Positions 1 through 5,764 of a stretch of 5,764 nucleotides of DNA are shown piece by piece. The stretch is taken from positions 324,049 through 329,812 of the forward strand of contig CAJNXB010000003.1 in NCBI GenBank assembly GCA_905331015.1, read 5' to 3'. Under the pieces are notes generated by a model, which saw nothing but the letters and a program-made list of their open reading frames with translations, was not told where the DNA came from and ran no database searches. The position numbers were made by a program, and so were the translations under genes. Origin of the DNA: Rotaria socialis (taxonomy: Eukaryota). Each line of letters begins with the position of its first letter. Positions within the stretch are counted from its first letter, which is position 1.

Positions 1-80
1 TGCGTCTCTCAAGTGTGGATATACGTTGGGAGAGCTCTGTAGAAAATGAATTGACAGTAAATTTATCTTTGGCCGATATC

Positions 81-239
81 ATACGAAGCGCCATGCAAAG
101 CATCGACTACGAAACCTTTTTAATCTAAAAAAATAATAGTCTTATACGAAACCTTTTTCGTACGAAACTAAAAAATGGTTCAGAATTCGTTTCAAATCTC
201 GAAACCATTTTTTAGTTTCGTATGATACCTTTTTTTTTC
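81..239. repeat. Cluster of short TACGAAAC(C)TTTTT-type repeat units in both orientations
   Basis: An exact 14-bp direct repeat TACGAAACCTTTTT occurs at 108-121 and 145-158. Related copies are ATACGAAGCG (81-90), TACGAAACT (161-169), TCGAAACCATTTTTT (199-213), inverted GTTTCGTA (215-222) and a degenerate TATGATACCTTTTTTTTT (221-238). Confidence 0.7.
158..225. repeat. Perfect 20-bp inverted repeat (hairpin / foldback), arms 161-180 and 203-222, 22-nt spacer
   Basis: TACGAAACTAAAAAATGGTT (161-180) is the exact reverse complement of AACCATTTTTTAGTTTCGTA (203-222). Pairing extends three more positions (160/223 as G-T wobble, 159/224, 158/225), giving a ~23-bp stem. A perfect 20-bp inverted match is not expected by chance in 5.8 kb. 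Confidence 0.85.
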
Positions 240-959
240 CCAGTGTAGGCTAGCCGTACGATGCGAACTCAGCTCATTATATCTCTGACTCTATCTCAAA
301 ATAATTAAGTATGTTGAATAATGATGAAATAAAAGGAACAAAATAAAACTCATAAAAATATGTTCATATGTAAAAGAATATCATACATTCTCGTATTCTT
401 TTGCAATCAGTGTTCTTCGATACCTAAAATAGAAAAAAAAGACATTAAAAAGTACTACTGGTTCGTACCTGAAATAGTAATACAAAAGCGTTTTGTCATT
501 CTTATCAATAATCGTAACCTTTTGTTTGTAAAATAGGACCGGAACAAGCAGAGAAATTCGATATAATGTCATGAGATAAGCAACAAAACGATTTTAATTG
601 AATTTTGTACATTATCTCTGCAGTTTTAAATCATCTCTCAATAAGGAACAGAAGAAAAAAAGCCACTTCCTTTCAAACTGAATACTAAAATAAAAATCAT
701 TATACTGTTTTTTACTCTACTGATCAAGTGTATGACCGACTTATAAGTGAATTGATTCTAGTAAGAATGTTTTTCTTTTACACATCGAGTTAATACAGAA
801 AAATTGAGAGAATAATAATTCGATAGATTTTATGTTAATACTGATTTCAAAGAAACAAAAGATACCACAGCGCTTTTGAAGATCATAATAATGAACCCCG
901 CATACTGACAATGTTACGGTTTGACTCTGTGAAATGGCGAGTCTGTATTTCATTTGTAG

Positions 960-2144
960 ATGACAGACAGTGATGATGTAAATGAGATGCAAACTTTTGT
1001 TTCATCCAATACTGAAGTAAATAATGTCTTTCAAAACCATTTTAATCCGGGTGATAATATCAAAATAATAGATCACATCGGTCCTGATGGTAAAATTTCA
1101 TTACATGTTGCTAGTACTAACATTAGAAACAACGAAGTTGCTCAATTATTATTTACCAATGATGCCTTGAAATCTTTTGAAAGTATTTCATATCCATTAA
1201 CACCCTATGATGAATCAAGAAGAAAAGAACTGAACACACTAATGGAAAACAATTCGAATCTATTTCATTGCCCGCAAGAAATCCCAGATTGTGATTATAT
1301 TGAATGGTCATTAATTGGTAAGAATTTAATAGAAAAACGTAAACAATTTCGTGAACAAATTGATTTATATAAAACTTACGATAATCGACATCATTTAATA
1401 ACAAAATTAGTATTTGAAATAATTAACTATTATCTAAATAAATATTTAGTTCATCAAGAAGGTTTTCCTCTATTTGAAATAAAAAACTTGGAATCTTATT
1501 TTAAAAAAGCTATAGAAGAACAAAACTATTTAGAATATTTTATTAAAGCTTATACTTTAACAAGTAATTTTTATCGTGTTCTAAATAAACATTTAGCGTT
1601 ATATATATTAGACTATTTTGATCCACCGTCTTCACAAACAAAATATCGTTTAATCAATTGTTTAGTACATATTGTTACATTATTAGTTAATCATCCAGAT
1701 ATAAACAAGTATACATATAGAGGTACTACTTATCGTGGTTTATCGATGACAAAAAAGGATTTAGAAAAATATACCATCGGTAATCACATATTGAACAGAA
1801 CATTTGTGTCAACATCGAAAAATCGTTCAATCGCTCAGCTATTTGCTGGTAATAGTCAGCAACCGTCAGCAGAAGTATCTGTTCTGTTAAAATATACCAC
1901 GAAACAAAATAAAACAGCTATTGATATTGAACATATATCAATGATACAAGATGAAAAAGAAGTATTAATATTACCATTTTCAGTATTTCAAATTAAAGAT
2001 TTAATCAAAAATAGTCCAGATATGTCTCCACCTGTGCTATATGAAATTGATCTAGAAGAGTGTGAAGATGGTGAACAAACAAAAGGAACAAACTACATAA
2101 GTGCGTATCAATCCTATGAACACACCATTCTCCGAAAAGCATAG
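960..2144 (+). CDS. R-S-ExE mono-ADP-ribosyltransferase (toxin / ecto-ART-like) domain protein, 394 aa, apparently single exon
   Basis: A 395-codon frame stays open in very AT-rich DNA, where stops should be frequent. It starts at a true ATG (960), directly preceded by an in-frame TAG (957-959). The ART motifs occur in canonical order and spacing: YTLTSNFYRVLNKHL helix motif, TYRG-TTYRG (Arg codons 1719-1721 and 1734-1736), FVSTS (STS at 1809-1817), and QDEKEVLILPF (ExE at 1953-1961). The N-terminus MTDSDDVNEM is acidic with no hydrophobic signal peptide. The first ~190 aa have no motif I recognise. Confidence 0.85.
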   Translation: MTDSDDVNEMQTFVSSNTEVNNVFQNHFNPGDNIKIIDHIGPDGKISLHVASTNIRNNEVAQLLFTNDALKSFESISYPLTPYDESRRKELNTLMENNSNLFHCPQEIPDCDYIEWSLIGKNLIEKRKQFREQIDLYKTYDNRHHLITKLVFEIINYYLNKYLVHQEGFPLFEIKNLESYFKKAIEEQNYLEYFIKAYTLTSNFYRVLNKHLALYILDYFDPPSSQTKYRLINCLVHIVTLLVNHPDINKYTYRGTTYRGLSMTKKDLEKYTIGNHILNRTFVSTSKNRSIAQLFAGNSQQPSAEVSVLLKYTTKQNKTAIDIEHISMIQDEKEVLILPFSVFQIKDLIKNSPDMSPPVLYEIDLEECEDGEQTKGTNYISAYQSYEHTILRKA

Positions 2145-2220
2145 ATTTTATGCACAAAAAAAATGATAGCACAGCCCAAGATTTTCAGATTTTACTTACA
2201 AAATGTTTCACCAGGGATAG

Positions 2221-2677
2221 GCTTTGCTAGCATTAAGTCATTCGTTTAAAACTAAGCTTTCGTCATGTATTACATGCGCGAATGGGAACATCTTTTTGGG
2301 TAATTTGCAAAGCTGTTGCTTCCCTTTTCTAACGCGAAACCGCGATGACCAAAGTAAAACACTGGTCACACTAAGCAATTATAATTATGATTATGCGCAT
2401 GATAATAAAACAAGTCATTGGACTGCAGAATTTCTTTTAAAAAAATCGACTTTCTATTGTATCAGTGAGTTTTTGAAAAGGATATTCAAGATCTATCTGA
2501 TTTCTTTAGGGGAATCATTAACTGATTTTCGACGTCGTGCACAGAAAAGAAAAAACGCCATCAGATTAACATGTTTATATGGCAGTATTGTACTATTCAT
2601 AATTGTTGGTTTGATTCTAGCTGCAGTTTTCATAATCAAAAATGGAACAACATTAACAAAGAGGGTACAAAATGAAG
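2221..2677 (+). CDS. PGRP gene, 5' exon: cytoplasmic region plus transmembrane anchor; 5' boundary and start codon unresolved
   Basis: The frame is open from 2221, just after TAG 2218-2220, to a GAAG|GTAACA donor with the exon ending at 2677 in phase 1. It encodes a basic patch RRRAQKRK (2530-2553) followed by a ~24-residue hydrophobic segment LTCLYGSIVLFIIVGLILAAVFII (2566-2637). This positive-inside arrangement would place the downstream PGRP domain outside the cell. The frame contains no ATG; the track's 'M' at 2224 is a TTG. Confidence 0.55.
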
Positions 2678-2749
2678 GTAACAAAAAGCCTCAAAAGATA
2701 CAATATATGAAATTTTTATAAACATTGTCTCGTTTTAACTATTTTGAAG
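2678..2749 (+). other. Intron 1 of PGRP gene (72 bp, GT-AG, phase 1)
   Basis: It begins GTAACA, ends CTATTTTGAAG, and contains the in-frame TAA at 2719-2721. Splicing g2677 to at2750-2751 makes GAT (Asp) and joins ...KRVQNE to D-QCPILINRTAWNA, the canonical start of a PGRP domain. The downstream ORF has no ATG of its own. Confidence 0.75.
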
Positions 2750-3046
2750 ATCAATGTCCAATACTGATAAATAGAACTGCTTGGAATGCTATTGAACCAA
2801 AAAAGTATACTAAATTATTAGCACCTGTTCCGTATGTTGCAATACACCATACAACCGGTCCGCAATGTACAGCTCTTGATGATTGTATATCACTAATACA
2901 ATCTTTTCAGAGACATCATTTAAAAAACCCCGACTGGGATGATATTGGTTATAATTTTGTAGTTGGCAGTAATGGTCACGTATTCGAAGGTAGAGGATGG
3001 AATCATACAGGTTCACATTGCAAAGGCTATAATCCAAAATCAATTG
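2750..3046 (+). CDS. PGRP gene, middle exon: N-terminal two thirds of the PGRP / amidase_2 domain
   Basis: The translation is QCPILINRTAWNAIEPKKYTKLLAPVPYVAIHHTTGPQCTALDDCISLIQSFQRHHLKNPDWDDIGYNFVVGSNGHVFEGRGWNHTGSHCKGYNPKSIG. It carries the PGRP signature blocks CP.I..R..W, IHHT, DIGYNF, G.V(F/Y)EGRGW, G.H and N..S(I/L)G. Confidence 0.88.
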
Positions 3047-3106
3047 GTATGCATATTTTAAAAGATTGAGCGAAAGCACAATATTTTAAATTTGTTCATT
3101 TTGAAG
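3047..3106 (+). other. Intron 2 of PGRP gene (60 bp, GT-AG, phase 1)
   Basis: It begins GTATGC, ends CATTTTGAAG, and contains the in-frame TGA at 3067-3069. Removing it joins ...NPKSIG to IGVIGDF, restoring the conserved S(I/L)GI.(F/I)IG.F block. Both introns end in the same 9-mer ATTTTGAAG. Confidence 0.85.
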
Positions 3107-3285
3107 GTATTGGTGTTATTGGTGATTTTTCTAAAGTTTCACCTTCGAAGTCAACATTAAATGCTGTTCAGTCATTAATTAACTGTGGGATAACGTACGG
3201 CTTCATCCAAAAAAACTATACAGTTCTTGGACGAAATTCTGCTGGTGGCATTAACAAATTTTTTACTCTAAAACCTGTTTGCTAA
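3107..3285 (+). CDS. PGRP gene, terminal exon: C-terminal third of the PGRP domain
   Basis: With g3046, the translation is G-IGVIGDFSKVSPSKSTLNAVQSLINCGITYGFIQKNYTVLGRNSAGGINKFFTLKPVC*, ending in a tandem TAA TAA at 3283-3288. It matches the family pattern IG.F....P...(A/L)..A...LI.CG...G.(L/I)...Y.(L/V).G. The three exons total 933 nt, which is in frame (310 aa plus stop, counted from 2221). Confidence 0.85.
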
Positions 3286-3317
3286 TAAGTCAAAATTATT
3301 ATCACTAAGTAATTTCA

Positions 3318-3323
3318 AATAAA
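3318..3323 (+). promoter_or_regulatory. Candidate AATAAA polyadenylation signal for the PGRP gene
   Basis: The canonical hexamer lies 33 nt downstream of the stop codon. The motif is common by chance in AT-rich DNA, so support is weak. Confidence 0.35.
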
Positions 3324-3608
3324 TGCAAAGCAAGATTATCTAAGATCAGGAGACTTTTTATGTCGACATGGTATTAGAGCCTGTCCCTATGGTCGGATCC
3401 TATTCGACGGACTTTATATGGCGTATAGCTGTTATTTCTTGCTTGTCTTCTAGTAACACATTGAACTAGACATAGCAAGCGAGAAGCATAGGTTCTACCG
3501 ATGATGATTCACTGTTAATCCATTTAATTTTATGAAATATTTGAGGTAAGATATGTAAACAAATTCAATCAAGCCTTCTATGAGATTAGACCGGTAACAA
3601 AAAGCATT

Positions 3609-4349
3609 TTATTTATTAGTATGTTTTTGCGCTGAAACTAGTAATATCATCGGTCGTTCACTCTCCTCTTTCAACGATGGGGTTTCAGCAATTTGGTGTA
3701 GTGTGGGGCCCCATTCTTCAACATGTTTGATAATAAATCCTTGTTCGATGAGTAAATTAAGGTAAGTTCCGATCATACGATGTTGCTTAATGATACCTTC
3801 AGTCAACCAATTGGTTATACGGCGTCCTTCCGTCTGATAGCTGTTCACTGGCCATGATTTTTGTCCCTCTTCGTCGATTAACCAGCGTGGATGTTTTGAA
3901 GCCGTATAAATCGGATGCTCTACTGAAACGACAACGTGGCCACCCGATGTTAACGATTGATAAATCGTTTTCAATAATGTGGACAAGTCTTCAATATAAT
4001 GCAATGTCAGTGAACTATAGACCAAATCGTATGTAGCTTCAGGTAGTTTAAGTTGCTCTAAGTCCTCGTTACGATAAATAATTGCGGTGTCCGATGTCAT
4101 CTCTCTGGCTTTGTTTAGCATTCTTTCGGAAATATCCAGTCCAAGTACCTGCTTTGCTCCCTTCTGCCGTGCATCATGACAGAACCAGCCGTATCCACAT
4201 CCGAGATCGACAATATTAAGTCCCTCCATTTCAGGTAGCATCTTGACAATTGATGGCCATTCAGGCGCCCCATTCAGTCCATTGACAGAACGACTAAGCT
4301 GAGCATATGCTTCAAAGAAGTCCTGATTATCGTAAACATTTTGTGCCAT
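3609..4349 (-). CDS. Class I SAM-dependent methyltransferase (Methyltransf_11/25-like), 246 aa, intronless, bacterial-type
   Basis: The ORF runs from ATG (4349-4347) to TAA (3611-3609) without interruption. Rossmann-fold motif I is VDLGCGYGWF (4188-4211), followed by an acidic post-I residue in VLGLDISERML, then DLVYSSLTLHYI and GGHVVVSVEHP. The C-terminal half (WPVNSYQTEGRR..W...GIIKQHRMIGTYLNLLIEQGF...VEEWGP) matches a ~245-aa family I recall as widespread in Proteobacteria. GC content is visibly higher than in the flanks. Confidence 0.9.
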   Translation of the reverse strand: MAQNVYDNQDFFEAYAQLSRSVNGLNGAPEWPSIVKMLPEMEGLNIVDLGCGYGWFCHDARQKGAKQVLGLDISERMLNKAREMTSDTAIIYRNEDLEQLKLPEATYDLVYSSLTLHYIEDLSTLLKTIYQSLTSGGHVVVSVEHPIYTASKHPRWLIDEEGQKSWPVNSYQTEGRRITNWLTEGIIKQHRMIGTYLNLLIEQGFIIKHVEEWGPTLHQIAETPSLKEESERPMILLVSAQKHTNK

Positions 4350-5140
4350 TTACTTTCTCAAGAAACTTTGTTGCGCATAAACTGAAATGAAAAAAAAACA
4401 GATAAATTTCATGTTTTAGTTATTTCAAGATAACGAAGTTCGACGAGATAGTATCGAGTATATTTTAAATCTATATCGACCGTCCTTAAGGCAGTAGCCT
4501 GAGTCCCTACTTGTTTATTGTTTTCCACAGTGATCTTATCATCGTAATAGGAGCCCACTCAGGGCATATGTTTTGTCGACGATCTTAATATGCACATTAA
4601 GCTATCCGCAATGCGAGTTCTAGCCTTGGTGATTGAATTTATGCGTACTCAAAAAGTGCAAACAATCGATTAATATCAAAAAAACCGTAGCACAGCTGCT
4701 AAAGACTCACATGAAGAAAAATCGCTTTGAAAAACCAGAACAATGTGCACATTTTATTCACAATCTTTATTTATCGTGATGTTCTGTTTCTTTAATGATG
4801 ACATAGAAATAACACATTTTATTCTGACTCCCTATCTATCATGTAAACACACGTATCATGGGAGAAAATAATATTTGAGGGTGAGGACGTAGATTTGTTG
4901 GAGAAAAGAGTAACTGTTATAATTAAAATTAAATAGGATCGAATTCGAAGTAAATAATCAAAATCTCTCCAAAATAAAAAACACTGTACAAAGAGATTCA
5001 ACGAAAATATGTCTCATCTAGTCATCAAAATTTACATTACAAGTAAGATCTGTTTTCGACAAGGTACAACATAAAAAATATACAGGCTAATAGAGTAGCG
5101 AAGTTATTCTCTATTCAACTATCTCATTATAAGAAAATAT

Positions 5141-5764
5141 TTAGTTTGCATCGCTTGTTGATATCGACGTTAAATAGATAATATGTTTGTTTTTCGTCTT
5201 GTCGAATTCAACACGTTCAATTTTAAACGATCTTCCTGGTCGTATGAGTATTTCTTCTTCGTCCGGATAAGTAGATAGAGCAGAAATATCCATCTTCAAC
5301 GTACGATATGAAATACGATTTTCAGCATTCAGTACAAATAAAGCATTGCCAAACTGTTCGGCTTTTGCACGGTTGCGACTACACGATGTAAATGCTTGAA
5401 ATGATCTTCGTGGATCTTTGCTACGAGCGACATAATGATATGCAGCGATCATTTCATCGGTCAATTGAGCACCTCGATACACGGTGTTATTTGTTCGATG
5501 GGTTAGATTTTCGTAAGATAAATAATAGTAGAGAAGAAAAGCAAATGGACCTAAAGTTTCTATTTTACTTTGCCAGCTATTTTCATGATCTATGTCACCA
5601 ATGAGACGCATCGCGTGATTGAGAATTTTGTAAAGAAATGATTCAAGAGTATAAATATAGACACAACATTCACCGATGTCTTTTTTTGTTTTGTCTTTGA
5701 CTTTTTCTAACTGTTCAACAATCCATTTCGCTTCGCATTGTTTTCCAATTAGCTGTCCTTCATA
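5141..5764 (-). CDS. Second R-S-ExE mono-ADP-ribosyltransferase domain protein, 5'-partial (continues beyond the right window edge)
   Basis: The minus-strand frame stays open from TAA (5143-5141) to position 5764. The 51 codons upstream of the track's ATG at 5611 read YEGQLIGKQCEAKWIVEQLEKVKDKTKKDIGECCVYIYTLESFLYKILNHA with no stop. The motifs are YTLESFLYKILNHAMR, VYRG (Arg codon 5476-5474), FTSCS (5386-5378) and PDEEEILIRPG (EEE at 5260-5252). It is a paralogue of the 960-2144 protein. Confidence 0.85.
   Translation of the reverse strand, partial: YEGQLIGKQCEAKWIVEQLEKVKDKTKKDIGECCVYIYTLESFLYKILNHAMRLIGDIDHENSWQSKIETLGPFAFLLYYYLSYENLTHRTNNTVYRGAQLTDEMIAAYHYVARSKDPRRSFQAFTSCSRNRAKAEQFGNALFVLNAENRISYRTLKMDISALSTYPDEEEILIRPGRSFKIERVEFDKTKNKHIIYLTSISTSDAN

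Noticed and set aside
1-128. Open reading frames touching the left edge on both strands. The plus frame 3-128 reads RLSSVDIRWESSVENELTVNLSLADIIRSAMQSIDYETFLI* and could be the 3' end of a gene. The minus frame from ATG 103-101 reads MLCMALRMISAKDKFTVNSFSTELSQRISTLERR... and runs off the edge.
   Set aside because: Each frame is only ~35-41 codons, both strands are open, and neither carries a motif I recognise. This patch is also GC-richer, which makes stop-free runs more likely by chance. I cannot decide which, if either, is real without upstream sequence.
381-992. Short ORFs in AT-rich intergenic DNA: 381-572 (-), 741-992 (-), and also 4819-5001 (-).
   Set aside because: At 60-83 aa they are rich in F, Y, I, K and L, as expected from translating AT-rich non-coding sequence. 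They have no motifs, and 741-992 overlaps the ART start. They are most likely spurious.
1153-1404. Antisense ORFs from the track that overlap strong coding genes: 1153-1404 (-), 2493-2684 (-), 2810-3079 (-), 3854-4036 (+) and 5392-5604 (+).
   Set aside because: These are shadow frames opposite well-supported CDSs. Their composition is low-complexity or odd, they have no recognisable motifs, and all are far shorter than the sense-strand genes.
2167-2175. A shared motif of poly-A followed by TAGCACAGC at 2153-2175 and 4673-4696, considered as a possible common regulatory element.
   Set aside because: An exact 9-mer repeat is expected many times by chance among ~1.7e7 position pairs in this window. 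The adjoining A-runs are ubiquitous here, and similarity decays immediately outside the core.
3350-3453. A possible extra 3' exon for the PGRP gene. A weak donor CTG|GTGGCA at 3244/3245 and acceptor ATCAG| at 3348-3349 are phase-compatible. The resulting reading ...DFLCRHGIRACPYGRILFDGLYMAY...* loosely recalls the GHR...CPG...LY block that the annotated C-terminus lacks.
   Set aside because: The unspliced reading YTVLGRNSAGGINKFFTL already aligns sensibly with the non-catalytic pattern (compare RTLSPGNQLYHLI). The donor is poor, and the 105-bp intron lacks the TTTTGAAG acceptor of the other two. The spacing of H and CP.G would also be wrong for the family. It is only worth checking against RNA-seq.
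3441-3480. An imperfect hairpin (GCTTG...CAAGC plus TCTAG...CTAGA) about 130 nt downstream of the methyltransferase stop.
   Set aside because: It consists of two 5-bp stems separated by an asymmetric internal loop, which is within chance expectation and has no supporting context.
3359-4580. GTCGAC-containing palindromes (ATGTCGACAT at 3359-3368 and TTGTCGACG near 4573), together with GC-richer patches flanking the methyltransferase. I examined these as possible terminal inverted repeats or insertion boundaries of a transferred segment.
   Set aside because: Comparing the two flanks by hand in both orientations found only the 6-7 bp SalI-site core in common. There are no extended terminal inverted repeats and no target-site duplication.
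960-5764. A prokaryotic reading of the window, such as an ART toxin / methyltransferase toxin-antitoxin or phage-defence operon.
   Set aside because: The PGRP domain requires spliceosomal-type GT-AG introns. The genes are not co-oriented (-> -> <- <-). Intergenic regions are long and AT-rich, with no convincing Shine-Dalgarno sites upstream of the ATGs at 960 or 4349. No Rho-independent terminator-like GC hairpin followed by a T-run follows any gene.

Overview
AT-rich 5.76-kb window that reads as eukaryotic nuclear DNA, not a prokaryotic operon. The decisive evidence is a peptidoglycan-recognition-protein (PGRP) gene whose conserved domain is only continuous after removing two short GT-AG introns (72 and 60 bp). 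From memory, low GC, ~60-bp introns and toxin-type ADP-ribosyltransferase (ART) paralogues fit a bdelloid-rotifer-like metazoan, but the taxon cannot be proven here. Four genes lie in a -> -> <- <- layout: (1) 960-2144 (+), a 394-aa intronless protein with a C-terminal R-S-ExE mono-ART domain; (2) ~2221-3285 (+), a three-exon, apparently type II membrane-anchored PGRP with a degenerate amidase site and an unresolved 5' end; (3) 3609-4349 (-), an intronless, visibly GC-richer, bacterial-type class I SAM-dependent methyltransferase, a horizontal-transfer candidate; (4) 5141-5764 (-), a second R-S-ExE ART gene that runs off the right edge. The left 240 bp holds a dense TACGAAAC(C)TTTTT repeat cluster including a perfect 20-bp inverted repeat. 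I found no CRISPR array, rRNA or tRNA gene, transposase or prokaryotic defence operon. The most interesting reading is two toxin-like ARTs flanking a membrane PGRP and a foreign-looking methyltransferase, but any functional link is inference. All domain calls rest on motif recognition by eye; no searches were run.
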